Assembly (NCBI GenBank): GCA_002633005.1
Contig: NMRA01000149.1
Location: 764,440 to 828,439 of the forward strand
Source: Phoronis australis
Taxonomy: Eukaryota > Animalia > Phoronida
DNA length: 64,000 nucleotides
Direction: 5' to 3'
Shown: piece after piece, positions 50,701 to 64,000 of the stretch
How the letters are laid out: every line of letters starts with the position of its first letter
Numbering within the stretch: position 1 is the first letter of the stretch
Position numbers and translations under genes: made by a program
The notes under the pieces: model-generated
The model's database searches: none
What the model saw: only the letters and a program-made list of their open reading frames with translations
Told to the model about the DNA's origin: nothing

Positions 50701-51759
50701 CTGGAATTGAAATTGATTAAATATTTTTAATTGTTCATATGACTTTTTCTTCAGTATGTCCAAAAGCTTTTCCGCCGCGATTTGACTACTTCGGTGTCCT
50801 GTGACGTGGGTGGTCCTTCGATGGCAGAGCCATCGGGTTTTCACAAAAAGACCGCAAGGTGCAAATGTCTCCAAGTGCCGTAAGCCCCATGTCTTTTAGT
50901 TGACTGTCGTTTAAAAGACTTTGGCATCAATCTGAAATAAATATATAGAGAGATATTCACTTGAAACGAGTTTTCTGTACTTCTAATTTAGTGCACTCAG
51001 GAATTAGGAAAAAACTTGCATCATTGCCTACTTCGCCTGGATGATCAGCAAATTAGGTTAAATCCGCCTTCTGTCCAATGTTAACTTTTATAATTTAGAC
51101 CATTTAACAAGAAACGTCGAGTTTCATCTCAGGCAATAACGAATTCTTTCTAGCTATTGAAATCCAGCTAAGTACGTGAAACACATAATTACCACAGAAG
51201 ACATGATCAGCTATGTCATAAAGCTGTTTTTATATCAAGCGGAATCTTCCTTGGGCTGTTTTTATGAACAGATTACATGACATAGTCTTTTTATAGCCAC
51301 TGTCGCATATAAACCACGGCACCACACCCTTTATTCACGACTGTTACTAGCACTGTTCTGTTCAAGGCAAACCATACATCGACACTATCGCTAAATTGGT
51401 TCCAGAAGCAATCGATCTAACATGATGATCCATTAAGGAATTAGTATAGCCATTTCTTAAAAGTAATTCTTTCATGCGGTGGACTTCAACGTTAATAACA
51501 TTCCAAGCCAACAGTACTTGGTGCGCATTTGAGCGAATATTGTGGAAAATTATTAATCGTGAGCATTGTTGTGTGCTCAGCAGACTTAGTCTACATTAGG
51601 GCTGTTGCCAAAATTATTCTTATTTCTCAAATATATTACTTATGAAAGCAGTTGCTCTGTATCGTTGGCAAATTGTTCCCGTTGATGCAATTTTATGGAA
51701 GAACTGCCAATCAATTTCTGTCCCTAACAGTGGGTACATGGGTGAAGTTACTGATGTCA

Positions 51760-53100
51760 ATTCCTGGAAACATCTTTCATGTTGAGTTGCAGTGTGATTG
51801 ACACATCGTGGTTTGGTCTTCAATTCACAAACCAAACGCCTTTGTTTCACGCGTCTCTGTGAAGTGGCCAATTCTATCCAAACATGTGTCATCTGGGATG
51901 CTTTTTAGAGCTGGATGCTGCACTGATCTTGGACGACCTAGAGTTGTGGCCTGCTCTACCCTTAACCACAGGTATCCTCAGCTTCTGATCGTCACCAATA
52001 CAGTGTCGGTTCGAGGTCAAGAACTTTACGGAAATTACCTATGAATTACGGATGGACGGTGTTGTCGACATCGTGACTTTACGCGCCGACAAACCGGCAA
52101 TTTCCGTACCGTCCTTGACCTCGAACCGACAGTTAGAAGTATGTTTGGGGTTTTTGGGAACATTTTTGTGCTTTGACAGCGAATTTCTTGGGAACTCGCT
52201 TGAGCAGGACACCGTAAATGGTATTATAAGAAAGAACAATTTCTCATGGTTTGTTGAACCCCTGTTTTGTGTAAATTTATTGAGTGTTTGATATGGACGG
52301 ATGAATCGAAGCACCCGTGGAATTTCTAGACCCGAGTGTCATACCTTGTAGTATTATGTAGTGTATTGGGAACGCGATCAGAAGCTGAGGACGGCTGTGC
52401 CCTTAACAAGTAAACACTGACCTTTTATCGTCATTTGTCGAGGAGGTCCACAGGCTTGTGATTGTCAGTTGGAGGTGCCATGTACATGTGTCATGCCTGT
52501 TGCTCACAGATGTCAATACAGTGCGCAAAAGTGGATCGCCACCACTTCTTCGATTGGATACACGTACCAGGCACATGTTTGAGTGGATACCAATCCTGTA
52601 TTTATCCACATTCTGACACATGTGGTCCACACTTATCAGACACATGCCGTCCACACTTTCCAGACACGCCCGGTTCACTCTTACCAGGCACATGAGGTCC
52701 ACACGTACCAGAAATATGTTTGATTGGATACCAGTCTTGCCTTTATCTACATTCTTACACATGCGGTCCACACTAACCATTGTTTGGTTGTAATGTTTGA
52801 GGAGGAAAGGCTGGTCTATCATCTTTCCACGACCACCTTTTGACTTTTTGTAACTGGGCAATTCCATTGACATTCGTAACTACGTTTACTATTGTGGTGT
52901 AATTCTAGCGGATGGTGAACAGTTTCTTGGTTGTATCATAGGAGTAGCCGTGTGTCCCACGAAGAGATTTTTGCGGGTATTAAAGGACCATCTCTGACAC
53001 GGTTTGAGTGTATGTTACCTCTACGTGCAATGTCCTGTCTTGACAGCTCATCAACGAAGCCCTGTGAAGTAAAAGTGCTATGGCTGTAGTTCTGAGACGA
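51760..53100 (-). mobile_element. piggyBac transposase C-terminal relic
   Basis: QPFLLKHYNQTMVSVDR, IQSKKWW and a Cys-rich tail (KQRR..VC..KT...C...H..CF); internal short duplications and frameshifts. Confidence 0.75.
51967..52399. mobile_element. 433-bp MITE (P/hAT-type) inserted into the piggyBac relic
   Basis: ~36-bp TIRs cacaggtatcctcagcttctgatcg / rc cacagccgtcctcagcttctgatcg; exact 8-bp TSD CCCTTAAC at 51959-51966 and 52400-52407. Confidence 0.9.
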
Positions 53101-54959
53101 GGTCCAGAACTACTCTATCTACTACTCCACATTCTGAACGCTGGCCTTGCCACCCCGTTGTTGTCGTTTCTTTCCTTGGTTTGTTTTAAATTTTACCACG
53201 TAGTGAGGTGCCCAAATTGTGAAGCAAACAAAAACCCAAAGTGCTTGGTCACAAATTTACAGGTTTGATATATTTGTTAACTGGGAGGTTCTCGTTCACG
53301 TCAACCATTATGAGTGTTTCCTGCAAGATTTTGAAAAAATGCACATTCCGATTTCTTGTGATTCGTCACTTATCGTCTGCTCAAATCGAAGCAATCTTAA
53401 TGCACTTTATTTATTTTGGCTGTGCCCGAAATCTTAAGAACTGAAGTTCGGAATACCTTCGATAAAATTTTAGAAATTGGATAAAATGATAGTTAAACAC
53501 AGTATTTAAAAAAACAAACTTCAGGAATACTTATAAAAAACGTGTATTGAGGTTTTTTTTGTTATATCTGTGGGGTTTTTGTTCGCGCTCCTGTCAACGA
53601 TATCCAACTTTCTCCTGTTTTTTACGCCATCCATGCGGTAACTGTGCGGAAACAGTGAGCAAATACCGTACATGAATGACCGTAGATTGATGACACGCAA
53701 CCAGGTGTGGAAGGTCTTACTTTAACTTGCCAGCAGTTTTAACTTTGTACATCATGCAGTCGACACCGATTTACAGGCAGCTCGCCTATCGATCTTAAAG
53801 TTTTAGCTCATAGATGTCTATGTTTTAGCTATTTTACTTGTGAGTGTGCGTGTATGTGCTTTGGAAACTTCGAAAGATGTGCCAAAGAACATTTGACGTC
53901 CTTCTTGTTTCTACTCCATATTAAATGAATCATCGTTTGTTGACGTAGTTCGCAACAAGAGCGGGGAAATTCCTGCTTGTACATAGATAAGTGTGTTGCC
54001 TCATCTAAGTGTAGCTGGGTGACAGCTTTGGGACGTCTGACCTGTTTTCATGAGCACTTGCACTCAATTATTACGAAACTCTCTTCTAACATTGTCTGTG
54101 TTTGTTTGTGAAATGCAGTTTGCCTATATGCATGAATAAAATGATTAAAAATTGATGACTTATTTTGTCGTTTAGCTCCAGTCATTTAACAGTTTGTGCA
54201 AGAAGTTCAGCTTACCTTTTTCTATCTGGTTTTATTTTTTGTGTTTAATTTTTTCTTCCATGACATGGAACATAAACTTTTGGTTCGTTGGCATACATGT
54301 ATAGCAACAGAGTGTCCATGATCGACACCCTTACGATTTGTTTTGTATATGTATATGTATATGTATCTGTTACACTAATTCCGTTCGGACGTGTACAGCC
54401 TGATGATAGACTAGTGCCGTACCAGAGACCACACGGCTTATGGTTGAATATAAAAATGACGTCGAGTAGCTTAGCAACAAACGCAGCCCTCTCAACAATT
54501 AAAAGCTACATACTGGTCCCCTCGTCACTATAATTCTTTTATGCTTTTAACAGCAACACATTTTTAATGTCACTTTCCGATTATCAACTCGCGGGACTTT
54601 ACAAATAAAGAAGTCAATATAGTCAAGAACTGCTGCATTTTCAGTTTGTACATACCGGTCTGGGCGCTGGGAGCTGGAATAAAAGTAAGGTTGCTTTAAT
54701 GCGCGGGCACGAACGATCTTTCGCCAGGTAAAAACTACATCCCTTTGCTGAGATGCGCTGTAAGTGTCGTGACGCTATGAATTTATTGTGTGGATGCCTC
54801 TGTGCATACCTGAGAAAATCTTCAGAGTGTAAACGGCAATCGCGGGGTGTCGATTGTTTCCACTGGCTAGAGAATGGCACGCTTGCCAAGCAGCAAATTT
54901 TGTGCCAGAATAGCGTTGAGTGGACTAACCAAATTACATAATAGGTTCTAGTCCTTCAG

Positions 54960-55300
54960 TAGGCGCGCATACGTCCGGCGTCCGCTGTACTTGTATGACC
55001 AAAACACCTGAAATTTTGTAGACTATGCTTCTATCATGGATAGAACGGCATAAGCGAGTACTTAGTGCCTCGTGGTGGCAATTTTGGTTTTTTAGGTTTC
55101 CCTCTGTATTTTCGGAGTTAATGAACGGATTTTCATAAAAAATTGTCAAATAGGTTCAGTTAGTGAGATGACGTCACTTTTCGGACGTATTTTGCGCCGC
55201 CCAGTAGCCATTTTTACTGGTTTCAAGTCTGTTTTTGGAATTCCTTTACCAACCAAACCACTCTAAGGATGAGTATGAAGGTTAGCTTATATGATCTGAC
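54960..55300 (+). mobile_element. Truncated copy of the HINE family
   Basis: cgtccggcgtccgct, gtggcaattttggtttttt, gaacggattttcataaaa and ttagtgagatgacg shared with copies 1-3. Confidence 0.65.
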
Positions 55301-55871
55301 TATATGATTACTATACTAAAGATAACTTCGGTTTTATCATTCACGGAGAGCATCGTACGAGCAATCCATTCTTCAATATCACCTATCTAAGCTCATGACA
55401 TCTAGTTGATTGCATGGTTTCAAAATTATATAACTACAGTGATATCGACATGATTAGTGTCATTCTTCATCAGATATGCTTTCTCTTGTTTATTTACGTC
55501 CGTCTATCGAGAGCACGTCGGTTACGCTACAATAACAAAGAACACATTTTGCGAGTCTCGCGTGATCGTATATCGTTGCCGCGACCTCCACAGATAACTT
55601 CAAGTTGACAAAGCTTCGCTTTGACTGTTTCCCACTACACCGAAGTTTTGGCGAGTACCGAAGCTTCGCTTGTAAATCCCAGTATTTAAGCGAAGTTACC
55701 GTAAAAGCGAAGTTTCGCCTCTAACAGACTATAGACTAGAACCCGTTGCGACCTGGGATATAGGTAAGAACCACACCAAGATGGACAGGCTGCCAAGATT
55801 CCAAACCTGTTTTCCAGAATATCCAGTATGATTTTGTGATTACCTTGTCGAAGAGTAATAGTTGCCATTAA

Positions 55872-57395
55872 AGGAGAATGCCACCCGATTTAATTAGTCT
55901 TTTTTGCCGTCTTAATCGGTCTATATCCACATCGCCTCGCATACGGTCGACCTTACCTTGCCAAGAGGTGTCGCGTTAACCTGTGAGGAAGGTGAGAAAC
56001 GACGCTAGCGACGTCAGTGGTTCATATGCAGAGTGAATGCCGCTATGTTGCGGTGCATCGTTCCCGCTTGTCCGAACTAAGCAGCTGCGAGGAAAGCGGG
56101 GATATCGTTTATTTTTGCTATCTCGAGATTCCGAAATGCATAGGAAGTGGCTCATGGTAGTGAAGAATGAAATATACGCTGTAAATAGCAAGTATGAGGC
56201 CGTGAAACATCTCCGTGTCTGTGGCCGGCTGCAGACGTAGACAGTGCCTGACGAATGCCGGCTTACCAAATAACTCCATACGTTCCGTTGTCTGAGCTTC
56301 CATCACTGTATTCCTGTTCGAATTGATAGCCTGTAAAACTTAACTATCCTCCTGCGAAGTCGTCCTAAGTCGGGATTGCGAGTTGCCATGTTGGCGTTTA
56401 TATGAGCGTTCTGTTTAAAACTGAATATTATTCTCACCCTAACCAATATTTATATAAAACTGAAACAAAGTCTGTCTCATTAGATGCAATTTGTAATGCC
56501 TTTGGAGTGTTCGTGAGTGCAAATGATTTGAGAAGCCAGCAATGAATAAATCACTGCGTTACCGGCTTTAGGTGCTGACGGGACACCTAAGCCGTGTGAA
56601 ATCATGCTAATTTAGTGTTAGCTGGCAGAAACTGTTGTGAAACAACTCGATTTCCATCCCACGGCCAGGTGTTAGGGGAATCTTTATTTACATTTACGTT
56701 ACTCAAATAATGATTGCCAATGTAAAACTTCTGCCCTGACGGCGCTGTGGCCAAAGCGGAACCTGAATTCGCGGTCCCCGATGAGTAAGTAGATTTGCAG
56801 TTTCGTGGCTAATTCTCCAGTATAGTCAGGTGCACATTACTTTGGCTCACTAGTATAGTATTTTCTTGACTGAACTTTGGCTGGTTTATGTTCGTGATGT
56901 CTGGTCAGTTTCCGAGCCACTTGCGGGGATAACGAGTCAATCCGGCCGGCCACGACGGGCCTGATCGGGCTCCGAGCCACTGGCCAGGCTAACAAGCGTT
57001 TTGTGTTTAGAACTCAAAAAATCACAAGTCTAAACAACACAGATCTAGGTTCTCCTGTTACTTTGTAGGCTATGGTGTGTCCAAATACCAATAAATCCGT
57101 AAGAGCGAAATAAAACAACACGTTTTTATAAGATCTCGGTGAATTTTTAAGGGTTTTACATCAAAGTTTGATGATTTATTGGTGTTAAGCGATGACTTCA
57201 AGCGATAAGCTGACACCAGTAACCCGTGTTGTGAACTGCTGAACGGACTGCGTGTGAAACCGATGACGTCATTGGATAATTTCAACACCGTCTGCCGTCG
57301 GGTGTCAGGTAACGCAACCGTACGTGTCGTTATGGAGTAGAACTACTCGATCCAAATTGACACAAATTAGGTTGTTTTTTGGGTGACATGCTCCT
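55872..57395 (+). mobile_element. Non-autonomous Kolobok element with THAP remnant
   Basis: TTAA TSDs (55868-55871, 57396-57399); TIRs AGGAGAATGCCACCC / rc AGGAGCATGTCACCC; ORF 56037-56240 MPLCC...GYRLF...KWL...RVC is THAP-like. Confidence 0.8.
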
Positions 57396-59445
57396 TTAAG
57401 GTTAAACTTTGGGAATCGGTTGCCGAAATTAGTCTGTGCCTTAACCAGTGCCGTTTTAGTATAATTGTGAAAACTGCGATGGGTCGACTGACAGTCATGC
57501 AACAAGCAATTTTCACTAATATGATTGTGAGAAAGCAATTCTTTGACAGTTTGGATATGAAAGGAAGGTTTGATACGGGTCTATAATTTTGGTCAACCTA
57601 TCTCCAATCAAACTATCAATCGTTAAATAGTCAAAAATGACTATGACGTCGCTGGTAGTTCGATACACATTTTTGCGAAGTCGATTCTTTTTAGAAGGAA
57701 TGCGATTATCATCGGTTCGATTCTTGTTTCTGAAACTTAACCCCTTTTTTCCAAATATAAGTAGTTATTTTAATAATGAACTTCAGCATAATAAAAAACA
57801 ATCCTGATCTGTTCATATGTTGAATTCATTAATACTTTTCAGACAGTACAAATAAGTCGATGAAAGTTTCATAGCTTACGAAACCCCATGTTTATCTAAC
57901 TGAAACGAAAGTAAAAAGTGAAAAAATAACTAAGCATTTATAATAAATTTTTTGATTACCATGTTTATTATTACAAATACATGACTTCTACTGAAAGCTA
58001 CCGCAACTGAAAGCTTTTTTGTTTACGAAGTAATGAATGGCATGGGCGACTTGTTTAAGCCAAGTGTCGAGGCCTAGGGTCATTTTATCCATGCTGGATT
58101 AGGCATGATAATCGCAGAGATGAGTTAGTGACCCCAAATTTCAGATTTCAATCCCATTAAGCATCCGTGGAAGTTGGACATGGCGCGTCTTTGATAGCCT
58201 ATCGATCGCTTCAGCNNNNNNNNNNNNNNNNNNNNNNNNNNNNNNNNNNNNNNNNNNNNNNNNNNNNNNNNNNNNNNNNNNNNNNNNNCCGAACTTTGTA
58301 GGCTACGGTGTGTCCAAATACCAATAAATCCGTAAGAGCGAAATAAAACAACACGTTTTTATAAGAACTCGGTGTATTTTTAAGGGTTTTACATCGAAGT
58401 TTGATGATTTATTGGTGTTAAGCGATGACTATAAGCGATAAGCTGACACCAGTAACCCGTGTTGTGAACTGCTGAACGGACTGCGTGTGAAACCGATGAC
58501 GTCATTGGATTATTTCAACACCGTCTGCCGTCGGGTGTCAGGTAACGCAACCGTACGTGTCGTTATGGAGTAGAACTACTCGATCTAAATTGATACAAAT
58601 TAGGTTGTTTTTTGGGTGGCATGCTCCTTTAAGGTTAAACTTTGGGAATCGGTTGCCGAAATTAGTCTGTGCCTTACCCAGTGCCGTTTTAGTATTGTGA
58701 AAACTACTATGGGTCGACTGACAGTCAAGCAACAAGCAATTTTCATTAATATGATTGCGAGAAAGCAATTCTTTGACAGTCTGGATATGAAAGGAAGGTT
58801 TGATACAGGTCTATAATTTTGGTCAACCTATCTCCAATCAAACTATCAATCGTTAAATAGTCAAAAATGACTATGACGTCGCGGGTAGTTCGATACACAT
58901 TTTTGCGAAGTCGATTCTTTTTAGAAGGAATGCGATTATCATCGGTTCGATTCTTGTTTCTGAAAGTTAACCCCTTTTTTCCAAATATAAGTAGTTATTT
59001 TAATAATGAACTTCAGCATAATAAAAAACAATCCTGACCTGTTCATATGTTGAATTCATTAATACTTTTCAGACAGTACAAATAAGTCGATGAAAGTTTC
59101 ATAGCTTATGAAACCCCATGTTTATCTAAGTGAAACGAAAGTAAAAAGTGAAAAAATAACTAAGCATTTATAATAAATTTTTTGATTACCATGTTTATTG
59201 TTACAAATACATGACTTCTACTGAAAGCTACCGCAACTGAAAGCTTTTTTGTTTACGAAGTAATGAATGGCATGGGCGACTTGTTTAAGCCAAGTGCCGA
59301 GGCCTAGGGTCATTTTATCCATGCTGGATTAGGCATGATAATCGCAGAGATGAGTTAGTGACCCCAAATTTCAGATTTCAATCCCATTAAGCATGCGTGG
59401 AAGTTGGACAGGGCGCGTCTTTGATAGACTATCGATCGCTCCAGC
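57061..59445. repeat. ~1.15-kb near-identical direct duplication (57061-58215 / 58294-59445) across an N gap
   Basis: Copies differ by scattered substitutions and a 3-bp indel; gap at 58216-58288. Confidence 0.9.
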
Positions 59446-59490
59446 ATCGCGATTCGATTAATTGTCGGTGTGAGTGGTCCATTTTCGAGC

Positions 59491-59648
59491 CTACGAAACG
59501 TCCTCGTACAGCGAAGCTTTACCACTTCGGTTTGTCGGGTATAGTTTGATATACTCTCGCTCTTCCCTACGACCTGCAGTCCATGGCACTTCGTAGCTGT
59601 CTTCTCGTATTTTCTCATAGAACACTGTCGCAACCATTCGTGGAGCAT
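59491..59648 (-). CDS. Candidate terminal exon of a membrane receptor: Tyr-motif cytoplasmic tail
   Basis: ttcttgtaaaag|(D)APRMVATVFYEKIREDSYEVPW...EYIKL...SLYEDVS-TAG, phase 1. Confidence 0.6.
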
Positions 59649-60307
59649 CTTTTACAAGAAAATAGTAACCAGTTAAAGTATCAGACGCTTAATATGTGAA
59701 AATAACATCTAACGAACACATATATTATCAATATTGTTGCATCTGATTTCCCTATATGAATCTGTACATATTTTTGTTTTTATATATCTGTAATAGCATA
59801 TCTAAGTATTGGAATACTTATTTTAGATACTACTTAATTGTATATACCTCTATGTATATAAATTTCATTTATGAATTGTTTACAACCCAGATATAATGCT
59901 TTGCGGTTTCTGGGTTTGTTATTATTTCTTTGTATGTTCTGTGTATCCTTCAATAAATATATATGACTTAAAAAAAAACAAAAAACGAACACATATATAG
60001 AAAAGATATACCGCCATCTCGTGTTAGTAGCGTGCTTTCTGTGTGTACGGGGCTACCTGGAGCGCTTTCGTGATTGCGCCGTTAGTCACTAGGCGGCCGC
60101 TTGTCTACTTTGTGGTGTCGAGAGAAATTTCGCACGCCGGAGATACCCAATGCCAACTGGTGTTTAAAATGGTTCGCTGTACAACGGTAAATGGAGTGCT
60201 GCAGCTGCTGCCGCCGCCGCTGCTGCTGAGATCGAGGACTGTGGTAGTCACGACACTGAACAGCTGCAGTCCCTAGCAAACGCTACGGCGGTAAAAGCAA
60301 TGCACTT

Positions 60308-60736
60308 GAGTATAAACCTATTGCAACACGAGATATTCTTTTAATTTTCATAGCATATAAAAGCGAATGGTCACCTACCTAAGTTACTTGAACGTTCAGC
60401 AGCAGTCTGAAATCATGAATATTTGGTGTCATTGAATTAAGTTTCGTTACATATTGTTAAGGACCAATATAACAAAATGGGTTTCAGTAAAACTAAGAAT
60501 TAACGTGAATNGCAGTTTGCAACAAGGACTTTAAGTATAAGCCTATTGCAACACGAGATATTCTTTTTAATTTTCATAGCATATAAAAGCGAATGGCCAC
60601 CTACCGAAGTTACTTGAACGTTCAGCAGCAGTCTGAAATCATGAATATTTGGTGTCATTTAATTAAGTTTCGTTACATATTGTTAAGGACCAAAGTAACA
60701 AAATGGGTTTCAGTAAAACTAAGAATTAACGTGAAT
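60308..60736 (+). repeat. ~226-bp tandem duplication with an N at 60511
   Basis: agtataa.cctattgcaacacgag...aattaacgtgaat occurs twice. Confidence 0.8.
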
Positions 60737-61482
60737 GTGAAATAAATAATTGGTGCTCATTTCGCTGTTCGTATACTAAGATACTCAACGTGTCCCGTTC
60801 TTTTGGTGTATGGCTGTTTTATCCACGAGTTTGCGGAAGAATGTTAAGACAATTTGCCAATGCAACTTATTTTACTTCTATGAGAAAATTGAATGTCGTT
60901 CAAAATAAGAAGGTATATCAATATTAAGCAACTGTAAAACGTTTTCATTACACTGAACCATATCTGCTATGAATCTATTCTTTCTGTGATTATCAATCGA
61001 GCGCAGGATAGGAATTTTGAGTATTTTTACTTGTCAAAAGGAACGCGCGTGCTTGTAATAGAGTTCTATTATTGAGGAACATTTTTAGACAAAATAATGG
61101 TTTTTATTTTATTCTGAAGCAAGGAGGAAAGATTGTGAAATCTAGTATAATAAAAATCTCGACATGTTGCTTAGTTAACGATACATGACAAGAAAAACTA
61201 TAGACGTAGAATACACACTAACGGAAATATGACACTGCCAATAATGGCATGTAGGCCTATATGATGCGATATTACGCTGAATCTCGTGTTCAAGTCACTC
61301 TCCAAAATCTCTAATTGTAATTACTTTGAAAAAAATGGTGAACTCGGGTTTTTGTAAGTGAATAAACGAAATTTTTTTTTTAATTTCTCACAGTAGATAA
61401 TGATTAACCGTCAAAACTTCGCGAAGTATGAAAACTTGCAACCAGCTGTATATGAAATGTTTCGATTAGTATCTCACTTTAC

Positions 61483-61594
61483 CTCGTTGTTGGAATCGGC
61501 CAAAACTTCGCGACTAGCATCCCCCACGGTCAGCAATGATCGATCCCGTGCCTCGCTGTGCTCGCCCGTGCCGGCTTCGTTTGTCTTGGCATCC
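61483..61594 (-). CDS. Candidate cytoplasmic exon of the same gene
   Basis: atgcag|...|gtaaag; only the phase-2 frame (matching the TM exon donor) is open: DAKTNEAGTGEHS...SNNE. Confidence 0.6.
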
Positions 61595-63043
61595 CTGCAT
61601 GTATTATATACACATGAACATTTAGGCTTCCACTTGTTTATTTTCTGTCAAAAATTAACTTTAGAGTTCGGCCACCACAATGTAATAAAGTGGGGCACAA
61701 ACTGACGAGAAGGTTACCCCATCTTAGCGCTTGAATTAAAAGGGTATATCCGGTTCTTAAGGTCGAAACACACATTTTGGAAATTATTGTTTCACGAGCT
61801 AGAATTTGTGAAGTTATTAGCTTTGACCAGAGTTAAAATACAAAAAAACCGTTGCTCTTTGGGATTTCATTGCAAATCGCCAAACATTCGCTGAAATCAA
61901 GGTCGTTGTCTACTCCTAAAATACTCCGCCATTTGATTAATCGTGCGGGTTGTAATTCGTCAGTTAGGGCTGCGACCATAGGTTAAACACTCCGACTAGG
62001 AGCAACGACCGCGGGGTTGCTGTTGCAGATTTTTGAAAGTTATTTTTCTTCCCGATAATGCCCCTTTAAGGAAAAATCGTTCACCTTTTGAAGAAATTGT
62101 AATAGTTTGATCTTTAATGTATTTTTGTGACTTTTGTCAAAAAGGCTGGGAGACATTTGATTTAACCTGTAATATGGTCGCCATCTTGGATTTAAATATG
62201 ACAGCCGGGATGTCAGTTTCCAGAGGTAGGTAAAAACCATGAATAATTGAAAACTTTCTGACGGTCACGTGCTGTGTTATAATTTGTAACATGTGTAATA
62301 TGACAGAAAAAATGTGTGTAGTCACACTGGAATTCAAGATGGCTTCCAAAATGTCCTAGTTGTGTAGAGCGCATCCTTTGCTTCACCAATGGCGTTAATT
62401 CTCTATGATAATAGCCCACGTGTTTCGGCTTAGCATTAATAGAAGCCCAAGTTAGGGTCAGTTTAGATGTCCCACTGGTTTTTCAAAATTTTACAAGAGA
62501 CGAAATTTCCTCACTTACTTCATAAAGTGAAAGATTCGCCTAAGATTTTTACCGTAGTTGACAAATCTACAACCTATACAGTACAAGGAACAACTTGAGA
62601 TAAGTTTCAAAACGGTAAGTGCCCAAATGCTAGTTGTTTGATAAAAGGCGGGTAGATAGCACATTTAAAGGCGGGTGGATAGCAGATTTAAAACTGTGTG
62701 AACAGTCACGAGAGTCCACTGAATTTGCTTAAATTTGAGTACGACACACCTGGAACAAAACATGCTATTCAGAAATTGAAAACATGAACTAGTTACGATT
62801 GAAGTACTGTTGGCCTACATTTCGCCTCTCCCCGAAGTTCAAAGCTGCTGGAAATCATATTCTGGGGTTAAAAACTTCAACTTTCTTCACAGACGTGTTT
62901 AAGGAACACCATCGCGTTCTCATACGTCCTTTGAATTGAAATCGGTCGCATTAAATCACCTGAAGACCATACTGTCATAGCGACTGAAGATCACTGAGAT
63001 TGGAACTAAAGCATGGATGAAGGTAACAATATAGGCTACTTAC

Positions 63044-63185
63044 GATTTTGCTTGCCTCTTTTTTACTTTTGTCGTAGTGGATCTTCTTACGAGAACAATC
63101 GTAAGTGCAACTCCAAGAATGACGATAATCGCACTGAGTGTGATGGCCGAAATTTTAGCCACTGTGCATCCTGTCTGGTCTCCAC
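63044..63185 (-). CDS. Transmembrane exon of a type I membrane protein (ectodomain outside window)
   Basis: acgtag|...ISAITLSAIIVILGVALTIVLV-RRSTTTKVKKRQAK|gtaagt; phase 1 acceptor, hydrophobic helix then basic stop-transfer. Confidence 0.7.
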
Positions 63186-64000
63186 CTACGTATTTCATAA
63201 ACATTAATGTTAAATAAAAGCATAGACTTACAGAGGGTGCGCGTCTATTTGTGCCGTTAACACTGCAAAAGTTGACACGCAACAGGTGACACTGTGCAAC
63301 TAACAAGCGGGACTGACAAGGAACAAGCTGAAACCAGGATGTAAACTTTTATCCCCAGGCTTTGAGGTAGAGCAACTTGCGCCCAATCACTCACATTTAC
63401 ACGCTTGAGGTGTAACATTTTCGATGAAAAATTTTAGAATTATGTAACGATTTACTATAAATCGATGATTAAATTTACGAACAAATGTGTTAATTAATAT
63501 CAGTTAACTATTTTGAAAGTCACAAATATTTTAGAACAGGACTTGTTATTGTAAACAACTTGTGGTAAACTTGAGTATTGCGCAATTTCTTCAGAAAGGC
63601 TTTAGTTCAGCTAAGTTCTCAGTGTAGTTCTGACAAACAGGATATGATCATCAAAACATGTTTTGGAGTGGTCAGCTTTAGGTGGGTTGATTCTAAGAAA
63701 CACCCACACCGATGTACTTATGCATTGACCAGTGTCCATGTCATGTTTAGTCATATCTTAGAGTATAAATATTTCTGGAGCAAACATAAGCGTCATTCTC
63801 AAAAGAAAAATTCAGGAGACGAGGAAGCTCAGTAACTTTGGAGAATCAAGTATTTTAGGCAGACCACCGAGTCTGTAGAGTTTCAAGAAGTGTATTCAGT
63901 CACTGACAAGGATCATACTAATACACAAAACAAGAATTGGATGTTCATGCGTGGATAAGATCAAAGGGAGCAATTTCTGTAAGTCTCATTAGAGTTTATG

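Noticed and set aside
57061-59445. Biologically meaningful segmental duplication
   Set aside because: The copies flank an N gap and differ at allele-like levels, so this is most likely an unmerged haplotype overlap; long reads are needed.
60308-60736. Functional tandem repeat
   Set aside because: An N at the junction suggests a scaffolding artefact.
61736-62068. Kolobok-like MITE between TTAA sites
   Set aside because: The terminal repeat match is too weak to call.
62815-62960. Extra exon of the - strand receptor
   Set aside because: The frame required after the TM exon hits a stop immediately.

Overview
AT-rich, repeat-rich nuclear DNA of an animal with spliceosomal GT-AG introns (probably a marine bilaterian invertebrate such as a mollusc; inference). 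It is not prokaryotic. The main feature is the nuclear gene for mitochondrial T7-like RNA polymerase (POLRMT) on the + strand. I traced 29 phase-compatible exons from 1671 to the stop at 42181 (about 4.1 kb CDS, at least ~1365 aa); the ATG exon was not located. The 3' part of a second gene runs in on the - strand at the right edge: a single-pass membrane protein whose tail carries Tyr/ITIM-like motifs. Introns and the intergenic region hold nested transposon relics: Helentron-type non-autonomous HINE/DINE-1-like elements, hAT, Kolobok/THAP, piggyBac, Sola-like, a LINE RT, MITEs and a G2E3-like HECT pseudo-exon. Three patterns stand out. (1) Several POLRMT exons are flanked by degenerate tandem copies ('echoes') of their own splice junctions. 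(2) The HINE-like elements carry ~150-bp tandem monomers, each with a same-orientation CTCF-consensus motif. (3) A three-level HINE>hAT>HINE nest has a 5-bp TSD inside one of those motifs. All coordinates were read by eye and no database searches were run.
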